Below are positions 9,254 through 22,122 of a DNA stretch of 64,000 nucleotides, one piece after another. The stretch's first letter is position 1. Each line of letters opens with the position of its first letter. Source of the DNA: Pedosphaera sp. (GTDB lineage Bacteria > Verrucomicrobiota > Verrucomicrobiia > Limisphaerales > SIBH01); the NCBI GenBank assembly GCA_031414955.1, contig JANOQV010000210.1:1-64000 (forward strand), in the 5' to 3' direction. The translations under genes and the position numbers were made by a program. A model generated the notes under the pieces. That model was not told the origin of the DNA. It worked only from the letters and a program-made list of their open reading frames with translations, and did no database searches.

Positions 9254-9805
9254 ATGAGCGACAAAGAAGTTTTGGGAAATGAAGCCGAATCCTCTCCGGG
9301 AACCGAGGTGGGAGTGGACGAACCGCTTTCCACGGAGCAACTGGCCGGATTGAAGACCCAGGCGGCCAGTGCGGCGCAGTATTATGAGCAGTGGTTGCGC
9401 ACCACGGCCGATCTGGAGAATTTCAAGAAGCGCGCCGCGCGGGAGAAGCAGGACGCAATCAAGTTCGCCAACGAATCGTTGCTCGAGAAGTTCATCCCCA
9501 TCCTGGACAACTTCGAGATGGCGCTGGCCGCCGCCTCCGCCGCCAACACCTCGGTGGAGTCGCTCCAGGCCGGGGTGAACATGATTCAACAGCAATTGCG
9601 CTCGGCCATGAGCAATGCCGGACTCGAGGAAATCGAGGCCACGGGCAAGCCTTTCGACCCCAACCTGCACGAGGCCATCTCGCAGCAGGAAAGCAGCGAC
9701 GCGCCCGAGGGCCAGGTCTTGCAACAGGTGCGCAAGGGCTACAAGCTGCGCGAGCGTTTGCTCCGCCCCGCCAGCGTCATCGTGGCCAAGAAGCCGTCCG
9801 CGTGA
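9254..9805 (+). CDS. grpE: Nucleotide exchange factor GrpE
   Basis: LRTTADLENFKKR, FDPNLHEAI, KGYKLRERLLRPASVIVAK. Confidence 0.96.
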   Translation: MSDKEVLGNEAESSPGTEVGVDEPLSTEQLAGLKTQAASAAQYYEQWLRTTADLENFKKRAAREKQDAIKFANESLLEKFIPILDNFEMALAAASAANTSVESLQAGVNMIQQQLRSAMSNAGLEEIEATGKPFDPNLHEAISQQESSDAPEGQVLQQVRKGYKLRERLLRPASVIVAKKPSA

Positions 9806-9923
9806 AGAGCGCCATGAATCGGAGTAATAATTTCACGAACGAAGCGGAGCCTGAGCTGCCCTGGCGTTTCGCCCTCCGTCTTTCGTCATTCAATTCCCAT
9901 TCCCCGCTGCCGCTGTAACCCCG

Positions 9924-11060
9924 ATGTCGAAGCGAGATTATTACGAAGTCCTCGGCGTGGCCAAGGACGCGGACGCGGACGAGATCAAGAAATCCTACCG
10001 CAAGCTGGCGGTGAAATTTCATCCGGACAAGAACCCCGGAGACAAGACCGCGGAGGAGAAATTCAAGGAACTGGGACAAGCCTACGAAGCGTTGTCCGAT
10101 CCGCAGAAGCGCGCGGCCTACGACCAGTATGGTCACGCGGCCTTTGATTCCCGGCAGCGGGCCTCGCGCGGCGGGGGTGGCTTCCACGACCCGTTCGACA
10201 TTTTCCGCGAAGTCTTCAGCCAGCAGGGCAACGGCAGCATCTTCGACGACTTGTTTGGCGGCGGACGCTCCAACGCCGGCGGGCCGCAACGCGGGGCCGA
10301 TCTGCGCTACGACTTGGAAATCAGCTTCGAGGAGGCGGCGCGCGGCTGTGAAAAGGAAATTTCCGTCACCAAGCTGGATCGTTGCGAAAGCTGCGGGGGC
10401 AGCGGTGGCGAGGTCGGGGCGCGCTTCCACTCCTGCCAGACCTGCGGCGGGCGCGGCCAGGTGCTTTCGTCGCGCGGGATTTTCAGCATCGCGCAAACCT
10501 GCCCGCGCTGCCAGGGAGCTGGCCGCACCATCGACAAACCGTGCCAGACCTGTCACGGCAGCGGGCAGCACGAGCGGAAGTCGAGCATCACCCTGCGCAT
10601 CCCGCCGGGCGTGGATGCCGGGTCGCGGCTGCGTTCGAGCGGCAATGGGGAGGCGGGCAAACAGGGCGGACCAACGGGGGACTTGTACGTCATCATTCAC
10701 GTCAAAGAACATTCCATCTTCCAACGCGACGGCGACGATCTGCTCTGTGAGGCACCGATCAGTTTTACCATCGCGGCGCTGGGCGGCGAGATCGAAGTGC
10801 CCACGCTGGAGGGCCAGGCCCAGATTAAAATTCCAGCCGGCACCCAGACCGCCAGCGTATTTCGGCTGCGTGGCAAGGGCATCAAAAACGTGCATGGCCA
10901 CGGTCACGGAGACTTGCATGTGCAAGTCACGGTCGAAGTGCCGAATAAACTGACCGCCGAGCAAAGGGCCAAGCTGGTGGAGTTCTCCAATCTCTGCGAC
11001 GAATCAGTGAACCCGCGCAGCAAGTCGTTTTTCGACAAGGCCAAGGAGCTGTTTCGTTGA
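9924..11060 (+). CDS. dnaJ: Chaperone DnaJ
   Basis: J domain with HPD, G/F region, four CxxCxGxG repeats. Confidence 0.98.
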   Translation: MSKRDYYEVLGVAKDADADEIKKSYRKLAVKFHPDKNPGDKTAEEKFKELGQAYEALSDPQKRAAYDQYGHAAFDSRQRASRGGGGFHDPFDIFREVFSQQGNGSIFDDLFGGGRSNAGGPQRGADLRYDLEISFEEAARGCEKEISVTKLDRCESCGGSGGEVGARFHSCQTCGGRGQVLSSRGIFSIAQTCPRCQGAGRTIDKPCQTCHGSGQHERKSSITLRIPPGVDAGSRLRSSGNGEAGKQGGPTGDLYVIIHVKEHSIFQRDGDDLLCEAPISFTIAALGGEIEVPTLEGQAQIKIPAGTQTASVFRLRGKGIKNVHGHGHGDLHVQVTVEVPNKLTAEQRAKLVEFSNLCDESVNPRSKSFFDKAKELFR

Positions 11061-11150
11061 ACCGCTCGCCGGCGGACACCGCCGGGCTTGCTTGCGGTAG
11101 AACGTATTTTATGAGCACGCGGACCAGGCGGTCCGCGCTCCGTTGAGGCC

Positions 11151-11912
11151 ATGCACCGATTCTACTTGTCACCAGAACTTTGCCGGGCGGACGCGCTCAG
11201 TCTCACCGGGCGCGAGGCGCATCACGCCGTGCAAGTGCTAAGAGTGCGCACGGGTGAACCCGTGACCGTGCTGGATGGCGCGGGCCTGGAACTTCTCTGC
11301 GAAGTCACCCGTCAATTCCGCGACACACTTGAACTGCGCGTGCAGAAAAGAATTGCCGCCGCTCCCCTGCCCTGCGTCATCACGCTGCTCCAGGCGGTGC
11401 CCAAGGGGAAAATCTTCGAGAGCATCATTCAGAAGGCCACCGAACTGGGCGTGACCCGCCTCGTGCCCATTCTTTCCGAGCGCGTGGTAACCCAGCTCGA
11501 CCACGAGGGAGCAGAAGCAAAGGCGGAGAAGTGGCAGCAGATCGCCGTCGAAGCGATCAAGCAATGCGGCAGTCCCTGGCTGCCCAGAGTGGAGGTGCCG
11601 ATCACGCTGGAGAAATTTCTCTCTCGCCACGAATCATTTGATCTGCCGCTCATCGGCTGTCTCGAAGCAGGCAGCCGGCACCCGCGCGAGTGGTTCCAGA
11701 AATTTCTTCACGAACAGAAACAGTTGCCCAGGTCAGTGTGCATCTGGATCGGGCCGGAAGGCGATTTCACCGCTGCGGAATACTGCCTCATCAAAGCCTC
11801 GGGCGCATGGCCGATGACGCTGGGCCGGCTGGTGCTGCGGGTGGAGACAGCGGCGACCTACGCCTTGTCGGTGGTGAACTACGAGTTAGAAGCGTCCCCT
11901 GCCGGCGGCTGA
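11151..11912 (+). CDS. rsmE: 16S rRNA m3U1498 methyltransferase
   Basis: HHAVQVLR, IQKATELGV, IGPEGDF, LGRLVLRVETA. Confidence 0.95.
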   Translation: MHRFYLSPELCRADALSLTGREAHHAVQVLRVRTGEPVTVLDGAGLELLCEVTRQFRDTLELRVQKRIAAAPLPCVITLLQAVPKGKIFESIIQKATELGVTRLVPILSERVVTQLDHEGAEAKAEKWQQIAVEAIKQCGSPWLPRVEVPITLEKFLSRHESFDLPLIGCLEAGSRHPREWFQKFLHEQKQLPRSVCIWIGPEGDFTAAEYCLIKASGAWPMTLGRLVLRVETAATYALSVVNYELEASPAGG

Positions 11913-11934
11913 AAGGTTCGAGGCGAGGCGCAGT

Positions 11935-12402
11935 TCACTGAGCCGTGGCTCGCACCAGTTCGTGCGTCCTGAACCCGATCTTGCCCACGGCGTGACCCGC
12001 CTTCACATAAAGCATGTAAGGCACATTGGGTTCGAGCGGTTCAGGCTGGGCTTTGGGAATCTTCGGTTTCATGCCGCGCAGCGTCGCACCGTACGCCACC
12101 GCCTTGTTCGGCGCGGAAGTGGAGTCCGCGATGAGATGCCAGAGAGCGTGCGGATACTTGTTAGTCTTCTCGTCGTCCGCAGCCACGACCAGAATTTCCG
12201 TGAAGCGATAATTGCGATCGAAGGCAAACAGGACAGGATAGACCGGCGTGTCCCCGACGGCGGTGCGCGTGCTGGCCCGGGGCGGACGAATCTGCGGCAA
12301 AATTTGAATGACCGGCTTCACAAACCAGTCGGTGAAAAAGGCGACGTAAACGCCCGCCAGCACCACGGCCAGGATGATCAGCACCACGGACTTTTTTGTC
12401 AT
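11935..12402 (-). CDS. Hypothetical protein with an N-terminal membrane anchor
   Basis: 155-aa ORF with a hydrophobic N-terminus and genome-like codon usage. Confidence 0.7.
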   Translation of the reverse strand: MTKKSVVLIILAVVLAGVYVAFFTDWFVKPVIQILPQIRPPRASTRTAVGDTPVYPVLFAFDRNYRFTEILVVAADDEKTNKYPHALWHLIADSTSAPNKAVAYGATLRGMKPKIPKAQPEPLEPNVPYMLYVKAGHAVGKIGFRTHELVRATAQ

Positions 12403-12531
12403 GTGCTTGTTGACGTTACGAGGAGCGGATTATTCGCCCGCACCTCGGGTTGGCGGTAAAAGTTTACAGTCTCTCCACCGGCACGACTCCGCCGCAAGGC
12501 GGTGACGCAAAAACAAAACAGGCAAGAACAC

Positions 12532-13260
12532 ATGACTATGAAGACGAATGAGCGCGGAGCCGGAGGCGCTTTCACGCTGATCGAACTGTTGGTCGTGATC
12601 GCCATTATCGCGATCCTGGCCGGCCTGCTCCTGCCCGCCCTGGCCAAGGCCAAGGAGTCGGGCAAACGCATCGCCTGTGTCAACCACCTGCGCCAGTTGG
12701 GTCTCTCCATGCAGATGTACACGGACGACCATGAGGGCTTACAACCTCCGCGCACGATCAATGGCCCGGACCGAAGCTGGCCCACTTCCCTGCGTAACTA
12801 TTACCTGGATCTGAAGGTGCTGACGTGCCCCAGCGACCTGAACCCGGTCAGCAACACCAGCGCCCTTTCCAGCGATGACCGCGCACCGCGCAGCTACATC
12901 CTGAATGGCTGGAACGACTACTTCGAGGAGCTGTCGCCGTTACCATCGATTTCGGCGCTCGAAGGCAAACAGCTTCCCGAAACGGCAATCAGGAACTCTG
13001 CCGAGACGGTGCTGTTCGGCGAGAAGACCACCAACTCCATTCATTTCTACATGGATTTCATGGAAGTAGATCCGGCGACGCTGATCGCCAATGACTTCTC
13101 GGAGGTCGACCACGACAAGCACATGAAAGGACAGAGCGGCACCGGTGGTTCGAACTTCGCTTTCGCGGACGGCAGTGCGCGTTACCTGAAGCACTGGGGT
13201 TCCATCACGCCCATCAACCTGTGGGGCGTGACGGACAAATGGCGCGACTCGACGTTTTGA
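12532..13260 (+). CDS. Prepilin-type N-terminal cleavage/methylation protein with H-X9-DG-like motif (DUF1559-like)
   Basis: [31 protein letters not shown]-terminal H...[11 protein letters not shown]. Confidence 0.92.
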   Translation: MTMKTNERGAGGAFTLIELLVVIAIIAILAGLLLPALAKAKESGKRIACVNHLRQLGLSMQMYTDDHEGLQPPRTINGPDRSWPTSLRNYYLDLKVLTCPSDLNPVSNTSALSSDDRAPRSYILNGWNDYFEELSPLPSISALEGKQLPETAIRNSAETVLFGEKTTNSIHFYMDFMEVDPATLIANDFSEVDHDKHMKGQSGTGGSNFAFADGSARYLKHWGSITPINLWGVTDKWRDSTF

Positions 13261-13361
13261 GCGGCAGCACAGCTTTGGCTGCGATCTTCCCGCATGACCG
13301 GCGCTCCTGATCTATGCCGTTACCCAGGGCAGACGCATCAAAATGTTTGGTTCCACGGGCT

Positions 13362-13486
13362 AAAACCCAAAATCCAAATCCCCAATCCCAAATAAGCTCT
13401 CCATTCCAAACTCTTATGGGAGTGCGAACGCCTGGTTTTGGAATTTGGGCTGTTGGAATTTATTTGGGATTTGAGATTTGGGTTTT
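13362..13486. repeat. Palindromic AT-rich 7-mer repeat element (AAATCCC-like)n ... (GGGATTT-like)n
   Basis: AAAACCCAAAATCCAAATCCCCAATCCCAAATAA is mirrored by TTATTTGGGATTTGAGATTTGGGTTTT. Confidence 0.85.
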
Positions 13487-13578
13487 CGTGCGAAACACCG
13501 CGAAATTAGATCCGTCTGCCCTGTGCCGTCACCTCTTGCCGGTTGCTTCCCGTCACCGGCGTTCCTAAACTCCGCCTT

Positions 13579-14910
13579 ATGAATTCACCTTGGCGATGGC
13601 ATGGCGGCTGGCTTTTGGCCGCGCTTCTTTGCGGCTGCTCCTCCATGAACTCTCAATCCCCCCAGTTTCCCGACATCTCACGACTCCCCGCGCAAGCCGC
13701 GCTGCCCGATCCACTGGTGATGCTGGACGGCTCCAAGGTCACGAGCGCCGCCCAATGGAACGCGCAGCGCCGCCCGGAACTGAAAGCCATTTTCGCCCAC
13801 TACATGTACGGCGCGATTCCGCCCCGGCCCGAGCGGCTCGACTACGCGGTGGAGGTGGTGGACAAGAAATTTCTTGGCGGCAAGGCCACGCTGAAGTTCG
13901 TCACCATCTCCATCCCCGGCAGCGACGCGCCGAAGATCGATCTGCTGCTGGTGACGCCTAATGGGAAATCCAAACCCGCCCCGGTCTTCCTGGCCATGAA
14001 CTTCTGCGGCAACCACGCCGTGCATTCCGACCCGCGCATTCCGCTGGCGAAAAGTTTCCTCGGCAACTGCAACGGCTGCACGAACAACCACGCCACCGCC
14101 GCCGCGCGCGGCACGCAGGCGGCCGACTGGCCTATTGAGCAAATCATTGATCGCGGCTACGCCCTGGCCTGCTTCGCCAACGCCGACGTGGACTCGGATC
14201 GCGGCCACGTCTCGGATGGCGTGTACGCCTGGCTGGCCCGCGAGCGCACCGGCTCGGCGACGAATTCAGCCACGGCGGATCGCGGCTGCATCGCGGGTTG
14301 GGCCTGGGGCTTTCAACGCTGCGTGGATTATCTCGTGACCGATCGCGACCTCGACAAGGCGCGCATCGCCGCCGTCGGTCATTCGCGCAACGGCAAGACG
14401 GCGCTGCTGGCGGCGGCCTACGACGAGCGCATCGCGCTGGCCATTCCGCACCAAGCCGGCTGCGGCGGCACCGCACCCAACCGCGTGGCCCCCGAACTGG
14501 CCAAGCCGGTGTCCAATGGCCGAGGCACGGCGGAGACGATGGCCGTGATCAACAAGAGCTTCCCGCACTGGTTCAACGCCGAGTACAAGCAGTTCAACGC
14601 CACGCCGGAGAAGCTGCCCTTTGATCAGCACGAGCTGGTGGCGCTGATGGCCCCGCGTCCGGTCCTGCTCTCGAATGCCACGGATGACAAGTGGGCCAAC
14701 CCCGGCCAGCAATTTGAAATGCTCAAGGCCGCCGAGCCAGTTTATAAGCTGCTCCAGGCCGGAGGCTGCGATGCGGACGCCATGCCGCCTGAAGGCAGGC
14801 TCGTGCCAAGCCGCCTGGGCTACTACATCCGCGCGGGCAAGCATTCGATGACGAGCGGTGACTGGCTGGTGTTTCTCGATTTCGCGGACCGCCATCTGGG
14901 CGGGAATTGA
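13579..14910 (+). CDS. CE15-like (glucuronoyl esterase / acetylxylan esterase-type) alpha/beta hydrolase, probable lipoprotein
   Basis: LLCGC lipobox, LPDPL, WAWG, GHSRNGK nucleophile motif, LPFDQHEL, APRP, DKWA. Confidence 0.88.
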   Translation: MNSPWRWHGGWLLAALLCGCSSMNSQSPQFPDISRLPAQAALPDPLVMLDGSKVTSAAQWNAQRRPELKAIFAHYMYGAIPPRPERLDYAVEVVDKKFLGGKATLKFVTISIPGSDAPKIDLLLVTPNGKSKPAPVFLAMNFCGNHAVHSDPRIPLAKSFLGNCNGCTNNHATAAARGTQAADWPIEQIIDRGYALACFANADVDSDRGHVSDGVYAWLARERTGSATNSATADRGCIAGWAWGFQRCVDYLVTDRDLDKARIAAVGHSRNGKTALLAAAYDERIALAIPHQAGCGGTAPNRVAPELAKPVSNGRGTAETMAVINKSFPHWFNAEYKQFNATPEKLPFDQHELVALMAPRPVLLSNATDDKWANPGQQFEMLKAAEPVYKLLQAGGCDADAMPPEGRLVPSRLGYYIRAGKHSMTSGDWLVFLDFADRHLGGN

Positions 14911-15036
14911 CCGGACGCTTGAACCTGGATTTCGGCAACCCGGCCCGGCCTCAGTTACCAAGTGTAACACCGAGGAACGCGAAGGCGTCTGCTTTGAACA
15001 AGTGCAGCCTGTGATTTGGATGCCGATAAATGACCT

Positions 15037-17484
<2,448 letters not shown>

Positions 17485-17491
17485 ACGGCTT

Positions 17492-17600
17492 GGCGCGCGG
17501 ACATTCCTGTCCGTAGTAATCTCCGAACGACGAACAGTTTCAGACCTGCCGGAGCCTGCGCCCTATTTCACGTTGCTGCGGACAGGAATGTCCGCGCGCC
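17492..17600. repeat. REP-like inverted pair between convergent genes
   Basis: GGCGCGCGGACATTCCTGTCCG (17492-17513) and its perfect reverse complement CGGACAGGAATGTCCGCGCGCC (17579-17600). Confidence 0.9.
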
Positions 17601-17613
17601 GGAGAAGCACTGG

Positions 17614-18465
17614 TTAGGGCGGAAATCCAAACGACAGTTTCACCGCCGAATACTCGGGATGCACCGCGCCCTCCCGCGTGCGGATCGTGAGGGGCGGCTC
17701 CTCCCAGGTTCGACCGCGCATCCACTCCGGCAAATCCGTCGCGCGCATCATGCCGAACAATCCCAGCAAGGGACGTTCGACTTCGCGCAGGACCACCGGA
17801 CGCCATCGCACGATGATCAACCCCGCATCGCGCGCGCCGGTCTTCACTCGTTCGTGCTGTTCGCCAGGCGTCACGGGAAACACGCAGGCGAAGAAACCGC
17901 CGCGCTCCAGATGCCGCGCCGCCGCCGCGCAGTAGTCGGCAATGTTCCCGCGCATCTCGAAGCGGCAGGCCACCTTCTGCGGATGCTCGGCAGCCACCCC
18001 GCTGCCGAGCGGAAAGTAGGGCGGGCTGCCCAGCACGAGATCGAACTTCTCCTCGGCGTGCAGCACTCCGCCTTCGCGGAAATCGCCCTGGCGGATTTCG
18101 TAGCGATCCGAAAGTCCGTTCCACACCGCCGACTTGCGCGCCAGCCGCACACTCTCCTCCTGCGCCTCGACCGTGACGAAGCGCGCGCCCGACAACCGCC
18201 ACGCCGCGATCATCCCCACCGCGCCGAGGCCGCTGCCCAGATCGAGCGCCGTGCGCGCCGCCGGACACCACGAGGTGCCATACCACGCCGTCAGCACGTC
18301 GTCGGTCGAGAATCGATGGCCGTTCGCCAACTGAAACAGGCGGAAGTAACCGCTGATGGCGTCGAGGGTCTCGCCCGCAACCAACTCCGGCCCCTGCCCC
18401 AGCGCCCCTGGCGGGATGGGGCCAGGTTTGGTCCAGCCTTTGAAAACAGGTTCGTCATGACGCAT
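17614..18465 (-). CDS. SAM-dependent methyltransferase, tRNA1(Val) A37-N6 (YfiC/TrmN6)-like
   Basis: GHRFSTDDVL, LDLGSGLG, FDLVLGSPPYF, CRFE. Confidence 0.8.
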   Translation of the reverse strand: MRHDEPVFKGWTKPGPIPPGALGQGPELVAGETLDAISGYFRLFQLANGHRFSTDDVLTAWYGTSWCPAARTALDLGSGLGAVGMIAAWRLSGARFVTVEAQEESVRLARKSAVWNGLSDRYEIRQGDFREGGVLHAEEKFDLVLGSPPYFPLGSGVAAEHPQKVACRFEMRGNIADYCAAAARHLERGGFFACVFPVTPGEQHERVKTGARDAGLIIVRWRPVVLREVERPLLGLFGMMRATDLPEWMRGRTWEEPPLTIRTREGAVHPEYSAVKLSFGFPP

Positions 18466-18567
18466 GGGCGAAGGCTAATGGAGATGCCACCGCGCGTGAA
18501 AGCTCCAACCCGGCACGGACCGGTTTCAACTTTTGCATCATCATTCCTTTCCGGTAACTTCGGCCCC

Positions 18568-19872
18568 ATGACGTTGACGGAACAAATGACGGCCCTGGCC
18601 AGGCAGGCCCGCGCGGCTGCGCGCGAACTGGCCAGGCTGAGCACGGAGGAAAAGAACCGTTGCCTGCTCGCGATGGCGGCGGCGCTGGAACAGAACGCGG
18701 AAGCCATCAAAACTGCGAACGCGAAGGACATGGTGGCCGGTGCGCAGATGGGCCTGACCAGCGCCATGCTCGACCGGCTCAAGCTCGATGACCAACGCAT
18801 CGCCGGCATGGCGAAAGGATTGCGCGAAGTCGCCACGCTGCCAGATCCCATCGGCAAGCTGCTGGACGAACGTGTGCGTCCGAACGGCTTGCGGCTGAGG
18901 AAGGTTTCCTCGCCCATCGGCGTCGTGGTCATCATCTACGAGTCGCGTCCGAACGTGACGGCCGACGCGGCGAGCCTCTGCTTCAAGTCAGGAAATGCGA
19001 CCATTCTGCGCGGCGGCAAGGAGGCGATTCATTCCAACCAGATCATTGCGCAAACGATGGTCGAGGCGGGGCATCGAACGCTCACGCATTTTCCTCAACA
19101 CGCCATCCAGGTCGTCGCCACCACAGACCGCGAGGCGATCAAGGAACTGCTTTCGCTCACCCAGTACGTGGATCTCTGCATGCCCCGCGGCGGCGAAGGT
19201 CTGATTCGCGCCGTGACCGAGTGTTCCAAGGTGCCGGTGATCAAGCACTACAAGGGCGTCTGCCATGTCTTCGTGGATCGCGACGCCGACTTGCTGATGG
19301 CCGAGGCCATCGTGATGAACGCCAAGGTGCAGCGCCCCGCCGTCTGCAACGCGATGGAGACACTGTTGGTGGACAAATCAGTGGCGGGAGTATTTCTCCC
19401 CCAGATCGGGGCGAAACTTTGGGACAAGAAAGTGCAACTGCGCACCGACAACGCTGCCTGCGGCATCCTCTACAAAGCGCGGATCAAGCCCGAGGCGGAA
19501 CTGGACGCTGCCAACCTGCACGTCCCAGCTCAAGACGCCGACTGGTTCACCGAATACAACGACTACATCCTCAACGTCCGCGTAGTGGACGGCGTGCAAG
19601 AAGCCATCGAACACATCAGTCACTACGGCAGCGCGCACTCGGACAGCATCGTGACCAGGAATGAGGCGACGGCGCAGCGCTTCTTGAACGAAGTGGATTC
19701 CGCCGCCGTGTATTGGAACGCCAGTACGCGTTTCACCGACGGCGGCGAATTCGGCATGGGCGCGGAGATCGGCATCAGCACCGACAAGATTGGCGCGCGC
19801 GGCCCGATGGGACTCGACGAACTGACCACCTACCGTTGGCTTGGCTATGGCACGGGGCAGGTGCGGACTTAG
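18568..19872 (+). CDS. proA: Gamma-glutamyl phosphate reductase
   Basis: PIGVVVIIYESRPNVT, PRGGEGLI, CNAMETLL, NASTRFTDG, GPMGL. Start supported by a -10 box 7 nt upstream. Confidence 0.97.
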   Translation: MTLTEQMTALARQARAAARELARLSTEEKNRCLLAMAAALEQNAEAIKTANAKDMVAGAQMGLTSAMLDRLKLDDQRIAGMAKGLREVATLPDPIGKLLDERVRPNGLRLRKVSSPIGVVVIIYESRPNVTADAASLCFKSGNATILRGGKEAIHSNQIIAQTMVEAGHRTLTHFPQHAIQVVATTDREAIKELLSLTQYVDLCMPRGGEGLIRAVTECSKVPVIKHYKGVCHVFVDRDADLLMAEAIVMNAKVQRPAVCNAMETLLVDKSVAGVFLPQIGAKLWDKKVQLRTDNAACGILYKARIKPEAELDAANLHVPAQDADWFTEYNDYILNVRVVDGVQEAIEHISHYGSAHSDSIVTRNEATAQRFLNEVDSAAVYWNASTRFTDGGEFGMGAEIGISTDKIGARGPMGLDELTTYRWLGYGTGQVRT

Positions 19873-19891
19873 CCGGTGCGGTGCGGAAGAA

Positions 19892-20034
19892 GCCTCACGC
19901 CAAGTCCGCGAAGGACGCGAAGGACGGAACCAGGGTCTGATTTCCGTTGCCCAATGGGCTTCACCACAAGGTGCGGGTCTGACGGGCCTGTGGAAATGAA
20001 TGCCTTGGCGCCCTTGGCGGCCTTGGCGTGAGGC
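19892..20034. repeat. Palindromic element of 9-mer tandem repeats (CGCCAAG/CGCGAAG units)
   Basis: GCCTCACGCCAAGTCCGCGAAGGACGCGAAGG is mirrored by CCTTGGCGCCCTTGGCGGCCTTGGCGTGAGGC. Confidence 0.85.
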
Positions 20035-20120
20035 ACGACCGTTCTCGACTCCAAGGTTCCGGCTTAGTCGTCGGGAAATCCCATCTTGCGAACGCCGTTC
20101 CCCCGACTAGAGTTTGCTCC

Positions 20121-20696
20121 ATGTCAAACGCGGTTGAATCTCCAGCGATGCCGTTGCGCGGCGCGAAGCTCTGGCCTTTGTCCGTGGCCGCTTACCGGGT
20201 GCTGGGTGAGGCGGGCCTGATTCCCAAGAACACCGAACTCCTCTACGGGTTCGTCTATACGAAAATGTCCAAGTCACCCTTCCACAGTTTTCTTTTGCAA
20301 TTCCTAATCGAGGCTGTGAGCCGCGTCCTTCGGACCGGCTGGCTTTTGCGTACCGAGCAGCCAGTCACCTGCGGCGATTCGGAGCCGGAGCCTGATCTGG
20401 CCGTGGTCATCGGACGCAAAGAGGACTTCCGGCACGACCACCCGCACACAGCGGAACTCGTCATCGAAGTCAGCCTGAGCAGCGTTGACTATGACCGTTC
20501 CAAACTTCCCGCCTACGCCGCGGCGGGAGTGAAGGAATGCTGGCTCGTGCTCGGTGCGGAGAAGAAGATCGAAGTGTACCGGCAGCCCAAAGACGGCCAG
20601 TTCGCCGAGCAAGCCGTGCATGGACCGGCCGGCACCCTCACCAGCGCGGCCTTGCCGGAATTCACCCTCACGCTGGACGCGCTCTTCGCGAAGTAA
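20121..20696 (+). CDS. Uma2 family (DUF820) PD-(D/E)XK endonuclease-like protein
   Basis: ELLYG, EPEPDLAV, ELVIEVS, DRSKLPAYAAAGVKECWLV. Confidence 0.9.
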   Translation: MSNAVESPAMPLRGAKLWPLSVAAYRVLGEAGLIPKNTELLYGFVYTKMSKSPFHSFLLQFLIEAVSRVLRTGWLLRTEQPVTCGDSEPEPDLAVVIGRKEDFRHDHPHTAELVIEVSLSSVDYDRSKLPAYAAAGVKECWLVLGAEKKIEVYRQPKDGQFAEQAVHGPAGTLTSAALPEFTLTLDALFAK

Positions 20697-20739
20697 AGTC
20701 ACGCCGTCCCGATTTGCCGAATCCAGGAAGTGCCTTACC

Positions 20740-22122
20740 ATGCGCGACGTGATTTTTAACGAGGCCAGTTCCGCATCCGTCGCCGCCGCCACGGGACGGG
20801 CGCGCTTCGTCCGGGCGCATCTGCCGGCGGAGGGCTTGTTCGCCGGGCATTCTTGGCGCGTTTCGCCGGACCCGTTCCCGCTCAGTCCGGAATTCATCGA
20901 GCAGTTGAACTGGCTGGGGCGCGTGTCCCTCCAGTTCTATCGCGCGGTCAATCTGCTCTATCGCCAGAGCCTGGATGGCCGTCAGCCGCGCTGGGTGGCG
21001 GAGTTGCTCGATCAGGGCAAGCCGGCGGAGATGATCGAACTGCAACGCTCCTCCGCCTTCAAGGGCGAGGTGCCGCGCGTCATCCGCCCCGACCTTCTGC
21101 TCACCGAGAAAGGCTTCTCCATCACCGAACTCGACAGCGTGCCCGGCGGCATCGGGCTGACAGCGTGGTTGAACGAGACCTACACCGGGGCCGGCGGGAC
21201 GGGCGGGGAGATCATCGGCGGACGGGACGGCATGATGAGCGGCTTCGAGAGCATTTTTGGCGACGCCCCGCGCGTTCACGTCGTCGTGTCGGAGGAATCG
21301 GCGACGTATCGGCCGGAGATGGAATGGCTGACCGAGATGCTGGGCAACTCGAAGATTCAGATACGCGATTCCAAGTTCAGCGACTTCCAGGATGGCGACG
21401 CGGTGTATCGCTTCTTCGAGCTGTTCGATCAGGCGAACGTGCCGAATGCGCGGCGCATCTTTGACCTGGCGGCGCAGAAGAAAATCCGGCTCACGCCGCC
21501 GCCCAAGATGATCTTCGAGGAGAAGCTGCTCTTCGCGCTGCTGTGGAACCGGAACCTGCGGGAGTTCTGGCGGCAGTCGCTAGGCGAGAGCTTCTTCAAG
21601 CGGCTGCTCTCGCATGTGCCTTACTCGTGGGTGATTGATCCGGTGCCCCTCCCGCCCCACGCGGCCATTCCCGAACTGGGCCTGACGGACTGGCAGCAGC
21701 TCAAATCGCTCTCGCAGCGCGAGCGCGAATTGATTCTGAAGGTGTCGGGCTTTTCCGCCGAGGCCTGGGGCGCACGCGGCGTTTATCTGGGCAGCGATTT
21801 ATCGCATGAAGAATGGAGCGGGGCGGTGGACAAGGCCATCGCGGGGTTCGGCTCCTCGCCCTGCGTGCTGCAACGATTCGAGAAGCCCAAGAGCCTGGCC
21901 GCAAGCTGGTATGATTTCGACGCCAACAAGATCATGCCCATGCAGGGCCGCGTCCGGTTGTGTCCCTACTACTTCGTGAGCGGCGAGGGCGATGCCGCGC
22001 GTCCCGAGTTGCGCGGCGTGCTGGCCACGATTTGTCCGGCGGACAAAAAGATCATCCACGGCATGGAGGACGCCATCATGGCTCCCTGCGCCCTCGTGAA
22101 TCCCAGCCATGACGACCGTTGA
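20740..22122 (+). CDS. Uncharacterised ATP-grasp-like (glutathionylspermidine synthase / CP-ATP-grasp-like) protein
   Basis: IRPDLL...ITELDSVPGGIG, ILKVSG...WGARGVYLG and VLQRF resemble amide-ligase ATP-grasp motifs. Confidence 0.6.
   Translation: MRDVIFNEASSASVAAATGRARFVRAHLPAEGLFAGHSWRVSPDPFPLSPEFIEQLNWLGRVSLQFYRAVNLLYRQSLDGRQPRWVAELLDQGKPAEMIELQRSSAFKGEVPRVIRPDLLLTEKGFSITELDSVPGGIGLTAWLNETYTGAGGTGGEIIGGRDGMMSGFESIFGDAPRVHVVVSEESATYRPEMEWLTEMLGNSKIQIRDSKFSDFQDGDAVYRFFELFDQANVPNARRIFDLAAQKKIRLTPPPKMIFEEKLLFALLWNRNLREFWRQSLGESFFKRLLSHVPYSWVIDPVPLPPHAAIPELGLTDWQQLKSLSQRERELILKVSGFSAEAWGARGVYLGSDLSHEEWSGAVDKAIAGFGSSPCVLQRFEKPKSLAASWYDFDANKIMPMQGRVRLCPYYFVSGEGDAARPELRGVLATICPADKKIIHGMEDAIMAPCALVNPSHDDR

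Noticed and set aside
17659..18567. 300-aa N-terminal extension of ProA in the ORF track (similar extensions on trpC, prs, purN, ADH and the debranching enzyme)
   Set aside because: For ProA, the extension overlaps the opposite-strand methyltransferase and a promoter sits directly before ATG 18568. The other extensions likewise run through repeats, spacers or neighbouring genes.
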